Shown: in pieces, positions 43,510-53,692 of the stretch
Layout: each line of letters begins with the position of its first letter
Numbering within the stretch: position 1 is the stretch's first letter
NCBI GenBank assembly: GCA_041394705.1
Contig: JAWKHS010000014.1
Span: forward strand, 7,900-71,899
Reading direction: 5' to 3'
Length of the DNA stretch: 64,000 nt
DNA from: Vicinamibacterales bacterium
GTDB lineage: Bacteria; Acidobacteriota; Vicinamibacteria; Vicinamibacterales; UBA2999
Program-made: the position numbers and the translations under genes
Notes under the pieces: generated by a model
What the model was told of the DNA's origin: nothing
Seen by the model: the letters and a program-made list of their open reading frames with translations, nothing else
Databases searched by the model: none

Positions 43510-45486
43510 TCATCGCCGCTCCTGCCCTTCCAGTTGCTTCAGGCGCGCACGGGCCATCGCGTAGAACGGGTCCGCGGCCGGAACGCGCGCCAGCAGGCGT
43601 CGGGCGTCCTCGGCACGGTGCTGGCCCATCCGCACCAGGCCCAGGAAGAACGCGGCCCCCGGGAATTTCGGGGAGAGATCCATGGCGATCGACAGCGCGG
43701 CCGACGCGGGCTCCAGGCGTCCGTTCAGCAGGTGGACCAGGCCGAGGTCGGTCTGCGTCGCCGCATCGTCCTCGTGTTCGGCGGCCTGGGCCGCGAATTC
43801 GCCGCTCACGGACCGGAAGCGCACCGTGTCGCCGGGCGTCGCGAGCGGCGTGCCCAGGTTGACGAGCGACACGAGCGCCGCGAGGCGGACCGATCGGCTG
43901 GAGTCCCCGAGGGCCCGAAGGAGCGCGGGCTGCAGCGCCGGCTGCGTCACGCTCGACGCGGCGACCATCCGCAGCAGCGGCTCCTCGCTGGCCAGCGCGT
44001 GTCCGAGCGCGGCCACCGCACGCGGGTCGTCGTACGCACGCAGGTAGCCCAGCGCGTTGGCGCGCGACAGCGGGCCCTCCGCCGGATCCGCCGCGATCGC
44101 GACGAGCTTCGGCAGGGCGTCGGGCCTCGCCTCCCGGCCCTCGGTGAACGCCGCGGCGCGCGCCACGTTCCGGCGCCGCCGTCCCTCGGGCCACCATGCC
44201 GCCATGCGCGCAACGGCCCACGCCGCGGACTCGGTCGTATGACAGGTCGTGCAGGCGTTGGGGATGCCGTACTTCACCGTGTTCTCGGGCGTCGGCACGC
44301 CGATCGTGTGATCGCGGATCCGGGCCTTGATGCTCACGACCTCGCGCGGCATGTGGCACTCCACGCACGCGCTCCCGGCGCTCGCCGCGGCATGCTTCGT
44401 GTGCCCGGCCACGTCCCGGCCGATGGCCTCGTGGCAGCGCGTGCACAGCGCCGTGTTCGCGGGCGCGAGCTCCTCGTGGCGGTCCACGTTCGGCGCGTGG
44501 CCGTCGTGGCAGGTGACGCAAGTGGCGCCGCCGCGCAGGTAGCACTGGCTCTGCCAGAGGCCCGCGGCGTCGTTCGAAAAACGCCGGGGCCGCCCGTCGG
44601 CCCAGTAGACGGGATCCTGCTCCTTGCGCGGCGTGTATTCCAGCTTCAGGACGAAGTAGTCGTCGTACGCCTCGCCGGCCCGGAAGCCCGGTGCCGCCCG
44701 GTCGCGCAGCGAGTGGCACTGGGCGCACACGGCCGTGCTCCGCGGCGGCGTCAGGCGGGTCGGCCGGACGATGCCGGTCGCCCCTGGCGGCGCCGGGCCC
44801 GTCGCGGCGCGGTAGCGCTCGACGTGTTCGCGGCCGGGCCCATGGCACCGCTCGCAGGTCGTGCCTTCGTCGCGCCAGGTCGTGGCGTAGGTCCGGGTCG
44901 CCGGGTCGTAGCGGTTGTCCTGCTCGCTCACGTGGCAGCCGACGCAGTTCTTGTTCCACTGCTGCACGACCTGCGTGTCGCCTTCGTCGGGCCGGATGAT
45001 CTCGACGCTGTCGAACCACGCCTTGCGTTCGACGTCCCAGGCGGGCGGCAGGACCACGATGCGGCCGTGGTCGACGGTCGTGAGGTAGTGCTGGATGCGG
45101 CGGCTGCCGAGCGTCAGCTCCACCTTGTGCTCCACCGGCGCGCCGCTCCACCGCGACTCGGTGATGTAGAAGCCGCCGTCGGCCTCGCGGAACCGGAACG
45201 GGTCGCCGTGCAGCCTCAGTTCCGCCTGCCGGAAGTCGCCGACGACGCTCGCGCGGCTGGCTCGCTGGATCATCCGGCTGTGCCGGGCCGCGCTCCACGC
45301 CTCGTGCGCCTCTTCGTGGCACTCCGCACAGACGTCCGCCCCGACGAGGTCCCCACCGGCGCCCGCCCGGGGGATCCGCGTCGGCGACGAGGCCTGGGCC
45401 CCCTGACGCGGCGCCGGCTCCGCCCGCACTCCCGTCAGCGCCCATGCCCAGAGGAGCAGCAGGACGGTCGCGGCGACGCCGGACAT
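43510..45486 (-). CDS. Multihaem c-type cytochrome (8 CxxCH) fused to HEAT-like and TPR repeats
   Basis: ATG at 45486 gives the signal peptide MSGVAATVLLLLWAWALTGVRA. Haem motifs are CAECH, CVGCH, CERCH, CAQCH, CVTCH, CTRCH, CVECH and CTTCH. The C-terminus has DPRAVAALGHAL...SVRLAALVSL (HEAT-like) and TPR-like helices. Confidence 0.8.
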   Translation of the reverse strand: MSGVAATVLLLLWAWALTGVRAEPAPRQGAQASSPTRIPRAGAGGDLVGADVCAECHEEAHEAWSAARHSRMIQRASRASVVGDFRQAELRLHGDPFRFREADGGFYITESRWSGAPVEHKVELTLGSRRIQHYLTTVDHGRIVVLPPAWDVERKAWFDSVEIIRPDEGDTQVVQQWNKNCVGCHVSEQDNRYDPATRTYATTWRDEGTTCERCHGPGREHVERYRAATGPAPPGATGIVRPTRLTPPRSTAVCAQCHSLRDRAAPGFRAGEAYDDYFVLKLEYTPRKEQDPVYWADGRPRRFSNDAAGLWQSQCYLRGGATCVTCHDGHAPNVDRHEELAPANTALCTRCHEAIGRDVAGHTKHAAASAGSACVECHMPREVVSIKARIRDHTIGVPTPENTVKYGIPNACTTCHTTESAAWAVARMAAWWPEGRRRRNVARAAAFTEGREARPDALPKLVAIAADPAEGPLSRANALGYLRAYDDPRAVAALGHALASEEPLLRMVAASSVTQPALQPALLRALGDSSRSVRLAALVSLVNLGTPLATPGDTVRFRSVSGEFAAQAAEHEDDAATQTDLGLVHLLNGRLEPASAALSIAMDLSPKFPGAAFFLGLVRMGQHRAEDARRLLARVPAADPFYAMARARLKQLEGQERR

Positions 45487-45782
45487 CCGTGACCCAGTGG
45501 TGGGGCGAGGCACAGTGCCCCGCATCCTAGCAGCGGCGTCCGGGAACGCAAGACCGCCGTTCGCCCCAGGGTTTACCCCTCCTTTCCAGCCTTTCATCAC
45601 AGTAATTGCCGAACTAGGCCTGGAATCCGCCGTCAATCCGTCCCGCAGCTCGTCCTTTTCCTCGCAAGCTCGACCATTACGGGACTACCATTCGCCCCAC
45701 CCCCACAGGGCAGTTTGGTGCCGCGGTGGGTTCACAGCGACACAAACCGGTTGTTCGGAATACGAGGAGGAGGAGGACTTCC

Positions 45783-48686
45783 ATGAGGTGGAAACTGATT
45801 CGTCTCGTCGCGATCGCCGGCGTCGCCGCGCTGATGGCGATGCCGGCGTACGCACAGATCACGCAAGGCCGCATCACCGGCACGGTCAGTGACGCGCAGG
45901 GCGGCGTGCTCCCGGGCGTCACGGTGACGGCCACGTCGCCGGCCCTCATCGGCGTCAGGACCACGGTGAGCCAGGCCGACGGCAACTACATGTTCCCGGC
46001 GCTGCCGACGGGCGTCTACAAGCTGACGTTCGAGCTCGAGGGCTTCAAGAAGGTCGAACGCGAGAACATCAGCGTGACGCTCGGCCAGACGATCTCCTTC
46101 GACGCCAAGCTCGAGGTGGGCGGCCTCACCGAGAGCATCACGGTCACGGGCGACTCGCCGCTCGTGGACACGTCCACCACGAAGATCGGCACGAGCCTGA
46201 AGGGCGACGCCCTCATCGCGGTGCCCAACTCCACCGACGTCTGGGGCGCGCTCTCGGAGGCGCCCGGCGTCCGCATGCAGGGCTTCGACGTGGGCGGCAG
46301 CCACAAGAGCCAGCAATCGGGCTACGAGAGCTTCGGCATCCAGAACCAGGCGCGCGTCGTCTCCGACGGCATCGACCACACCGAGGGCGTGGGCGGCACG
46401 GGCTTCTACGAGGACTACTACGCGAACGAGGAGGTCTCGGTCAGCGCGCTCGGCGCGGACGTGGAGATGAACTCGGGCGGCGCCGCGATCGTGACGACGA
46501 TCAAGAGCGGCGGCAACGAGTTCAAGGGCCTGTACAACTACAGCTACGAGGACGGCAGCTGGGTGGGCACGAACGCGGCCCCGAATGACATGAAGGATCG
46601 CGGCTACACCTGCCCCAACGACGGCACGGGCAATCCGTCCTGCCTGAACCCCAACCTGATCTACTACGAAGGGCACGCGGACCTGGGCGGCCCGATCATG
46701 CGCGACAAGGTCTGGTTCTACGCGGCCTACAACCACTTCAAGATCGACAAGCAGGTGTCCGGCGTGGCGCAGAGCATCGCCACGGACCTCGGCATCTTCG
46801 ACAACTACACCGCGAAGGCCACGGCCAAGGTCGGCCAGAACAACACCTTCATCGGCTACTTCCAGCAGGGCCGGAAGCAGAAGCCGAAGCGCGGCCTCTC
46901 CACCCTGCTGCCGCCCGAGTCGGTGCGCGCTCAGGACAGCTACTCGCGGATGTACAAGGGCGAGTACCAGCGCGTGGTCAGCGACCGCGCCTTCTTCAAC
47001 CTGAACGTCGGCAACTTCACGCTCGACTGGCCGATGGTCGTGAAGGTGGATCCGGCCAACAGCCCGCCGAAGCTGTTCCGGACCACGAACGCCGTGGCCG
47101 GCGCCGGCTGGAACGCCTTCTCCACCTACCGCAAGAAGCCGCAGGTCAAGGCTCAGCTCACCTACTACCTGCCCGAGAAGGCCGGCAGCCACGACTTCAA
47201 GTTCGGGTTCGAGAGCATCCTGGACTCGTACCGCTACGGCCACAACGGCACGTCCGGGCAGATCCGCTACTCGTACCCGTGCGCGAGCGCGGCGGCGTGC
47301 GGTCCCGACCGCATCCGCTTCGTGGATACCGGTGCGTCGAGTGACTATGGTTCCGGCTGGACCGTGGGCCCGAACACGGACCTGCACTACGCCGCCTACA
47401 TCCAGGACCGGTGGGCGCCGAACGCCAAGCTCACCTTCACGCTCGGCCTCCGGATGGACTACCAGAAGGTCGGCTACGGCGACGCGGTGCGCAAGCCCCT
47501 CATCACGGACGTCGCGCCCGACGGCACCCCGATCTTCCCGGCCTCGACCAACGTGCAGGCCGCCACGATCCTGTCGAACACGAACCTGGCCCCGCGGCTG
47601 GGCGCCACCTACGACGTCCACGGCGACGGCAAGTTCGTGCTGAAGGCTTTCTACGGCCGCTACTACAACAACCTGGCCGATGGCTTCTCGGCCATCAACC
47701 CGGGCGGCCAGTCGATTGCCGAGTACAACTTCCTCGATCAGAACGGCAACCAGCGCTACGACGGCCCGAGCGAGCTCGGCTCGCTGCGCCTGCGCGTCGG
47801 CGCCGACAGCACGCCCGTGGACAAGAACTTCAAGACGCCCTCCACCGAGGAGATCAGCGGGTCGATGGAGTTCCAGCTGCCGGGTGAATCATCCGCGCGG
47901 TTCACCTACGTCCGGAAGAACCACTACAACTTCGCGTCGTTCTACGGCACGAACCTCGTCTCGGCGTGGGTCGGTCAGGTGAACGTGCCCACCACGCAGG
48001 TGGTGGACGCCACCGGGCAGACGCTGCAGCTGCTCGACGTGCCGGACAGCCTCGCGGACTCGACCGACGGCATGTACGGCAACTACCCCGGCGGCACCTT
48101 CCACTACGACACCGTGGAGGTCGCCTACTCCAAGCGCCTGCACAACTTCTTCGTACAGACGAGCGCCGACTACCAGTGGCGCACCGACTTCCGCGCCGCG
48201 TCGCAGGTCAGCACGAGCCCGCTGTCGGCCGACCCGATCGGGATCAACTTCGAGTTCACGCCGAACCCGAACGCCCCGAACCTGCAGGACACCACGGTGT
48301 GGCACTACCAGTTCCTGGGCCGCTACACCTTCCCCTTCGACATCGGCGTGGCCGCCAACTGGCGTCTGCAGAGCGGGTTCCCGTACTCGCCGATCGTCTC
48401 CGACGGCGGCACGTCGCCGGGCCTGAACCTGTCGAACTTCGGCGCGCCGTTCTTCCTCCAGAACCTGAGCGAGAACCGGTCCGACAACGTCAGCCTGGTG
48501 AACCTCCGCGTCGACAAGTCGTTCCAGACGGGCAAGCTGCGCTGGACGGGCATGCTCGACATCTACAACCTGCTCAACCAGGACGCGGTGACGAACTTCA
48601 ACCTCACCCTGGGCCCGACCTACAAGCGCGTGATCGCCACGCTCGACCCGCGCGTCTTCCAGGCGGGCATCCGGCTGGAGTTCTAA
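45783..48686 (+). CDS. TonB-dependent receptor, Oar-like (N-terminal carboxypeptidase-regulatory-like domain)
   Basis: GGAGGAGGAGGA RBS. Signal peptide ...AMPAYAQ. The N-domain reads GRITGTVSDAQGGVLPGVTVTATSP...GVYKLTFELEGF. The protein ends ...QAGIRLEF. Confidence 0.9.
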   Translation: MRWKLIRLVAIAGVAALMAMPAYAQITQGRITGTVSDAQGGVLPGVTVTATSPALIGVRTTVSQADGNYMFPALPTGVYKLTFELEGFKKVERENISVTLGQTISFDAKLEVGGLTESITVTGDSPLVDTSTTKIGTSLKGDALIAVPNSTDVWGALSEAPGVRMQGFDVGGSHKSQQSGYESFGIQNQARVVSDGIDHTEGVGGTGFYEDYYANEEVSVSALGADVEMNSGGAAIVTTIKSGGNEFKGLYNYSYEDGSWVGTNAAPNDMKDRGYTCPNDGTGNPSCLNPNLIYYEGHADLGGPIMRDKVWFYAAYNHFKIDKQVSGVAQSIATDLGIFDNYTAKATAKVGQNNTFIGYFQQGRKQKPKRGLSTLLPPESVRAQDSYSRMYKGEYQRVVSDRAFFNLNVGNFTLDWPMVVKVDPANSPPKLFRTTNAVAGAGWNAFSTYRKKPQVKAQLTYYLPEKAGSHDFKFGFESILDSYRYGHNGTSGQIRYSYPCASAAACGPDRIRFVDTGASSDYGSGWTVGPNTDLHYAAYIQDRWAPNAKLTFTLGLRMDYQKVGYGDAVRKPLITDVAPDGTPIFPASTNVQAATILSNTNLAPRLGATYDVHGDGKFVLKAFYGRYYNNLADGFSAINPGGQSIAEYNFLDQNGNQRYDGPSELGSLRLRVGADSTPVDKNFKTPSTEEISGSMEFQLPGESSARFTYVRKNHYNFASFYGTNLVSAWVGQVNVPTTQVVDATGQTLQLLDVPDSLADSTDGMYGNYPGGTFHYDTVEVAYSKRLHNFFVQTSADYQWRTDFRAASQVSTSPLSADPIGINFEFTPNPNAPNLQDTTVWHYQFLGRYTFPFDIGVAANWRLQSGFPYSPIVSDGGTSPGLNLSNFGAPFFLQNLSENRSDNVSLVNLRVDKSFQTGKLRWTGMLDIYNLLNQDAVTNFNLTLGPTYKRVIATLDPRVFQAGIRLEF

Positions 48687-48740
48687 GGAACCGGGGCTCG
48701 GGTTCCGGGGGCCTGGGGCCCGGGACTCGAGCACCACTGG

Positions 48741-48771
48741 AAGGGGCGGCTCGGTCGTCGGGCCGCCCCTT
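48741..48771. terminator. Strong hairpin AAGGGGCGGC-N11-GCCGCCCCTT in the convergent gap (terminator candidate)
   Basis: 10-bp perfect arms at 48741..48750 and 48762..48771, followed by GGTGTGT. It lies between the stops of the TonB receptor (+) and the sulfatase-TPR gene (-). Confidence 0.5.
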
Positions 48772-48877
48772 GGTGTGTACGCCGCGACCGCCCCTCGCGG
48801 CGAGGCCACGCGCCGACCCTGGCCCGGCAGGTCCGGCGCGAGTTCGCGGGCGTCTGAGCCCCGCGACCCGAGTCCGC

Positions 48878-50905
48878 CTACCGCTTCTCCAGCAACGCCC
48901 GCGCCTTGGCGATGTTGTCGCGCGCGTCACGGAGGTCGGGACGCAGGGTCAGCGCCCGCTGCCACTCGGCGATCGCGCGCGCGAAGTCGCCCTGCTGCGC
49001 GTAGACCACGCCCAGGCCGTTGTGCGCATTGGCCATGGAGGGATCGATCGCGATGGCCCGCTTCAGGCTCTCACCCGCCTCGGCCCACCGCCGCTCGGCC
49101 AGGAGCAGCGAGCCCTTGTTGTTCAGGGTGGTGGCCGAATCCGGCGCCACCGTCAGCAGGTGATCGAACATCCGGTGCGCCTCGTCGAACCGCCCGATCC
49201 GCGTGTAGGTCACGCCGAGCTTCTCGTACACCTCCATCTCCGACGGGTTCATCTGCCGGGCGGCCTCCAGGACCTCGACGGATCGGGTGAGATCACCCGC
49301 CTCCTGCAAGTAGCCGCCAAGCGCGGCCAGCGAGCCCGCGTCCGCCGCGCCGGCCTTCGCCGCGCGATCCAGCGTGGCGATGGCCTGACGGAGCCGGCCG
49401 GTGTCCCTGTAGAGCTGCGCGAGGCGGTCATAGGCCACCGTGAAGTCGGCCCGCGCCTCGATGAGCCGCGTGAGCAGGCGCTCCGCCTCCGGGGTGCGGC
49501 CCGCCTTCAGGGCCGCGAGCGCCTCTTCGAGGGACGTGTGCAGGCCGATGAGGGCCTTGGGATCGTCAGCCTCCGTGTAGGCACGGTCCGCCGCCGGAGC
49601 CGACGAGGCCACGTACCCCAGCGCCCGCAGCCGCCGTTCGGTCTCGCGGTCGACGGCCTGCGGCGCGGCCGGCGCGGCGCCGGCCTTCAGCGCGTTCAGC
49701 CGCCGGGCGATTGGCGTGGCGTCGGCGCGGCGGGCCTCGAACAGGTTCCGGCTCTCCGACGGGTCGGCGGCCAGGTCGTACAGCTCGGGAATCGGGAGGT
49801 CGATGAACTTCAGTCCGCCCGCGATGAGGCCCGTGAGCGGCGCCCAGTGCCGGGTGAAGCTGGCGTTCAGGGCTTCGAAGTAGACGCCCGGGTCGTCGGC
49901 GACGCGGCCGGAGGCGAACGACGGCGCGAGGCTCCGGCCGCTGACGGCCTCCCCGGTCACGCCGACGAGATCCAGCACGGTCGGCATGACGTCCACGAGC
50001 CGCGCCGGTCCCCGCACGACGCCGGCCGACACCGCTGGAGGGCCCCAGACGACGAGCGGCACGCGGAGGGTGGCGTCGTAGGCAAAGAGGCCATGCGTCC
50101 GTTCCTGGTGCTCGCCCAGCGCCTCGCCGTGGTCGGCGGCCACGACGACGAGCGTCGAGTCGAGCCATCGGCGCTCACGGAGTGCATCCAGGAGACGGCC
50201 GAGCTCGGCGTCGGCGAACGCGACCTCGCCCGCGTACGGGTCGCCGGCGAACCGCGTGCGGAACGGCTCCGGCGGCTCGTACGGGTCGTGGGGATCGTAG
50301 AAGTGGACCCAGGCGAACCACGGCTGCGGGCTCGGCCCCGGCGTACCCAGCCAGCCGAGCGCCGCCGTCACCACCTCGTCGGCCGGCCGCTCCAGGACCG
50401 ACAGGTCGCCCCCGATGGCGCGCGGTCGCGCCGCGCCGTCGTAGACGTCGAAGCCCGCGTTCAGCCCGAACCTGGCGTCCAGCACGAACGACGCCACGAA
50501 GGCGCCCGTGCGGTAGCCGGCCCGCTCGAGCGTCGTCGCCAGCGTGGGCCGGCGGCCGTCGAAGCGGAAGGAGCCGTTGTCGCGAACGCCGTTGACGAAG
50601 GGATACGCCCCGGTCATGAGGGACGTGTGCGACGGCAGCGTCAGCGGCACGTGGGCATAGGCCGTCTCGAAGCGAGCGCCCTCGGCGGCGAGCCTGTCGA
50701 GGTGCGGCGTGAGCCCACCGGGATGGCCGTAGGCGCCGACCACGTCGGCCCGCAGGGTGTCGATGGTGACGAGGAGGACGTTCGCGCCCCGCATGGCGGG
50801 GCCGCGCGCGGGTTCGGGCGCCGCCGGCGCGGAGCGGCATCCGGCGGCCGCCAGGCCGCCCAGCGCCAGCACGACCGCCCACGGCACGCCCTGCCGTCGG
50901 TTCAT
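48878..50905 (-). CDS. Sulfatase-like (alkaline-phosphatase superfamily) hydrolase/transferase fused to C-terminal TPR repeats
   Basis: Lipobox-like signal LGGLAAAGC. The N-domain reads NVLLVTIDTLRADVVGAYG...PSHTSLMTG. The C-terminal ~230 aa are TPR-like. Confidence 0.85.
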   Translation of the reverse strand: MNRRQGVPWAVVLALGGLAAAGCRSAPAAPEPARGPAMRGANVLLVTIDTLRADVVGAYGHPGGLTPHLDRLAAEGARFETAYAHVPLTLPSHTSLMTGAYPFVNGVRDNGSFRFDGRRPTLATTLERAGYRTGAFVASFVLDARFGLNAGFDVYDGAARPRAIGGDLSVLERPADEVVTAALGWLGTPGPSPQPWFAWVHFYDPHDPYEPPEPFRTRFAGDPYAGEVAFADAELGRLLDALRERRWLDSTLVVVAADHGEALGEHQERTHGLFAYDATLRVPLVVWGPPAVSAGVVRGPARLVDVMPTVLDLVGVTGEAVSGRSLAPSFASGRVADDPGVYFEALNASFTRHWAPLTGLIAGGLKFIDLPIPELYDLAADPSESRNLFEARRADATPIARRLNALKAGAAPAAPQAVDRETERRLRALGYVASSAPAADRAYTEADDPKALIGLHTSLEEALAALKAGRTPEAERLLTRLIEARADFTVAYDRLAQLYRDTGRLRQAIATLDRAAKAGAADAGSLAALGGYLQEAGDLTRSVEVLEAARQMNPSEMEVYEKLGVTYTRIGRFDEAHRMFDHLLTVAPDSATTLNNKGSLLLAERRWAEAGESLKRAIAIDPSMANAHNGLGVVYAQQGDFARAIAEWQRALTLRPDLRDARDNIAKARALLEKR

Positions 50906-50944
50906 GGCCGCCCCGGCCGCGTGCCGCTCACGCCGCCCTCGCGT

Positions 50945-51361
50945 CTACCGCTCGACGACGAACGCCGCGCGGCCGGAATCGGCGATCTGCTGGCCGCCCC
51001 GCAACCCCACCACGATCCAGAAGTAGGTACCGGCCTCGAGGTCGAGGTCCTGCGGCCGTTCGACCGACGTGCCCGTAATCTCGTCGGACCGCCAGCGCAG
51101 CCGGTCCACGTCGTCCCACAGGCCGAGCGCATACCGGTCGGCACCCGCCGCCGCCGTCCACTCGAACCGCTCCGGAAGCGGCCCCACGAAGTCGCGCCGC
51201 GGCCGGACGTGGTTGATGACGACCGCTGCGCTCTGCTCCCCCGCGACGCCGGTGGCGGCCTCGCGCGGCGACGCACTCGGCGCGCTGCAGGCGCAGGCCG
51301 CCACGATCGCCGCCCCCACGAGGAGGCGCCAGGGCGAGGTCAGCGGGGCCAGGTCAGTCAC
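50945..51361 (-). CDS. Hypothetical lipoprotein
   Basis: 138 aa with the lipobox IVAAC. It overlaps the upstream gene by 8 nt. Confidence 0.5.
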   Translation of the reverse strand: MTDLAPLTSPWRLLVGAAIVAACACSAPSASPREAATGVAGEQSAAVVINHVRPRRDFVGPLPERFEWTAAAGADRYALGLWDDVDRLRWRSDEITGTSVERPQDLDLEAGTYFWIVVGLRGGQQIADSGRAAFVVER

Positions 51362-52067
51362 GCCGCGAATTGTACCGCGGAATCGCGCGCGCCACGGCTC
51401 GCGTGCGCCGCGCCGCCAGGCCGCCGGCCGCGATCAGGCGCTCGAGGTCGCCCGGGGCGTCGAGATCGTGCCACCGGTCCACGAGGGCGACGGCGCCGCC
51501 GCCGGCCACCGCCCGCCCGGTGATGCCGGCCAGCACGCCGTCGTGCCCCCACGTCATCCCCGCGAAGGCGGTGGCGGCGGCGCCGGCCTCGGCGGCCGCG
51601 AGCAGGTAGAAGCCGCCGTCCTCGGCCGGACCCGCCACCAGCGTGCCCCGCCCTGCGCGCGCCACGGCCGCGGCCGCGGCGGCCACGGCCCGGATCGGCA
51701 GGTCGGGAATGTCCGAGCCCACGAGGACGGCCACGTCATGGCCGGCGCCGAGCGTTCCGGCGATGGCGTCCGTCATCCGGGCGCCAAGATCGCCGTCGGC
51801 CTGCGGCCGAACGTACAGCCGCGAACGCGCGGGCGCGATGGCGGGATCGGCCGCCGCGAGGACGGCCACGGCCTCCGCCTCGCCGCGGGGGGTGACGAAC
51901 ACGTGGACGGGCCACTCGAGCGAGAGCGCGGCGTCGAGGGTGTCGAGGAAAATGGCCGTCCGCAGCGCCGTCGCCGCCGCGTGGTCGAGCGACGCGGTGA
52001 GGCGGGTCTTGCCGTCGGCGCCGGGCGCGCGCGCCAGCATCGCGACGGCCGGACGCGACGCCGTCAT
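51354..52067 (-). CDS. DUF2064 / TIGR04282-like glycosyltransferase
   Basis: MLARAPGADGKTRL...VLVGSDIPDLP...GPAEDGGFYLL...WHDLDAPGDL is the typical DUF2064 pattern. Confidence 0.7.
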   Translation of the reverse strand: MTASRPAVAMLARAPGADGKTRLTASLDHAAATALRTAIFLDTLDAALSLEWPVHVFVTPRGEAEAVAVLAAADPAIAPARSRLYVRPQADGDLGARMTDAIAGTLGAGHDVAVLVGSDIPDLPIRAVAAAAAAVARAGRGTLVAGPAEDGGFYLLAAAEAGAAATAFAGMTWGHDGVLAGITGRAVAGGGAVALVDRWHDLDAPGDLERLIAAGGLAARRTRAVARAIPRYNSRRD

Positions 52068-52078
52068 CGCCGATGCCG

Positions 52079-52720
52079 TCAGGCCTGGCGCGGCACGCGG
52101 GCGCCGCCGACGGGCGCGGCGGCCTGGCGCCTGGCCGTCGTCTTCCAGACGCGCACCGCCAGCAGGACGCCGACCACGGCGAAGTAGTAGACGGGATTGG
52201 TCGTGTCGAGCTTGACCTTCCAGAAGTAGTGGAGGGCCCCGCCGAGCGCGCTCACGTAGACGAGGCGGTGCAGCAGGTTCCAGTTCCGGCCGCCGAGGCG
52301 CCGGATCCAGCCCGTGGTCGACGTGATCGCCAGCGGGATCATCAGCACGAAGGCCGTGAAGCCGGCCGTGATGTACGGCCGCTTCACCACGTCCTCCCAG
52401 ACGCCGGCGAACACCAGCGACTGATCCAGGACGAAGTACGTCATGAAGTGCAGCGTGCCGTAGAAGAACGCGAAGAGCCCCAGGGGCCGCCGGAAGAGCG
52501 TGAGCGGATTCACGCCCGTGAGCCAGCGCGCCGGCGTGATCGCCAGGGTGAGCACCAGGAAGCGCAGCGTCCAGATGCCGGTCTGGTTGGTGATCGTCTC
52601 GACCGGATTGACGCCCAGGTCACCCCAGAACGCGTTGTAGACCAGCCAGCCGGCCGGCGCGAGCGCCGCCGCGAAGACCAGAGGCTTGGCGACGCGACGG
52701 ACGAACTGGGTCTGGGTCAT
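52079..52720 (-). CDS. msrQ: Protein-methionine-sulfoxide reductase haem-binding subunit MsrQ (YedZ)
   Basis: Six-TM ferric-reductase-like protein with conserved His residues (FYGTLHFMTY, LHRLVY) and the ALHYFW motif. It lies directly downstream of msrP. Confidence 0.85.
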   Translation of the reverse strand: MTQTQFVRRVAKPLVFAAALAPAGWLVYNAFWGDLGVNPVETITNQTGIWTLRFLVLTLAITPARWLTGVNPLTLFRRPLGLFAFFYGTLHFMTYFVLDQSLVFAGVWEDVVKRPYITAGFTAFVLMIPLAITSTTGWIRRLGGRNWNLLHRLVYVSALGGALHYFWKVKLDTTNPVYYFAVVGVLLAVRVWKTTARRQAAAPVGGARVPRQA

Positions 52721-52732
52721 GCGGCCGGCGGC

Positions 52733-53692
52733 TCAGTAGTAGCGACGCAGGTCCATGCCCTTGTAGAGCGACGCGACCTGGTCGGCGTACCCGTTGAACG
52801 GGAGCGTCTTCCTGCGGAAGAACTCGCCGATGCGGCGCTCGGTCTTCTGGGTCCACCGGGGATGGTCGACGTCCGGGTTCACGTTGGCGTAGAACCCGTA
52901 CTCGTCGGCCCGCGTCTGCTGCCAGGTGTTGAGCGGCTCCCGCTCGACGAAGCGCACGTTGACGATCGACTTGATCCCCTTGAAGCCGTACTTCCACGGC
53001 ACCACGAGCCGGATCGGCGCACCGTTCTGGTTGGGCAGCACCTCGCCGTAGAGGCCCACCGCGAGCATCGCCAGCGGGTGGAGCGCTTCGTCCATGCGCA
53101 GGCCTTCGGTGTAGGGCCACTGCAGCACCGGTTCGCTCTGGCCCGGCATCTGTTTGAGGTCCACGAGCGTCTTGAACTGGACGTACTTGGCCTTGGAGGT
53201 CGGCTCGAACCGCTTCACGAAGTCGGCGAGGGGAAAGCCGTTCCACGGCACCACCATCGACCACGCCTCGACGCAGCGCATCCGGTAGATCCGCTCCTCG
53301 AGCGGGAACCACTTCAGGATGTCCTCGATGTCGTACGTGCCGGGCTTCGCACACTCCCCTTCGACCTTCACCGACCAGGGGCGCGGCTTCAGCGAATGGG
53401 CGTTGCGCGACGGGTCGCCCTTGTCCAGACCGAACTCGTAGAAGTTGTTGTAGGTCGTGACGTCGCGGTACGAGTTCATCTTCTCGTCCGTGACGCTGAA
53501 CGGGCTCTTCTTGAGGTCGCCGAGCTTCTGCGCCGACGGATTCTGCGCCGATGCGGCGTCCGGCGTCCCGAGACCTGTGGCGAGCGCCGCGGCCGCGACG
53601 CCGGCCGCGCCGATGAACTCACGCCGCCGGAGGTAGAGCTCCCGCGGGGTCACGTCCGATTCGCGCAGGTCAGGCGTCTGCTTGATCAGCAT
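52733..53692 (-). CDS. msrP: Protein-methionine-sulfoxide reductase catalytic subunit MsrP (YedY, molybdopterin)
   Basis: ATG at 53692. Tat signal [17 protein letters not shown]. Motifs are [29 protein letters not shown] and [14 protein letters not shown]. Confidence 0.9.
   Translation of the reverse strand: MLIKQTPDLRESDVTPRELYLRRREFIGAAGVAAAALATGLGTPDAASAQNPSAQKLGDLKKSPFSVTDEKMNSYRDVTTYNNFYEFGLDKGDPSRNAHSLKPRPWSVKVEGECAKPGTYDIEDILKWFPLEERIYRMRCVEAWSMVVPWNGFPLADFVKRFEPTSKAKYVQFKTLVDLKQMPGQSEPVLQWPYTEGLRMDEALHPLAMLAVGLYGEVLPNQNGAPIRLVVPWKYGFKGIKSIVNVRFVEREPLNTWQQTRADEYGFYANVNPDVDHPRWTQKTERRIGEFFRRKTLPFNGYADQVASLYKGMDLRRYY

Noticed and set aside
45487-45782. 296-nt leader or divergent region upstream of the second TonB-dependent receptor, considered as a possible riboswitch (for example cobalamin or TPP)
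   Set aside because: I could not find a B12-box or TPP-type conserved core, or any other riboswitch signature I recognise. The region is more likely two divergent promoters. Needs an Rfam scan to exclude it properly.
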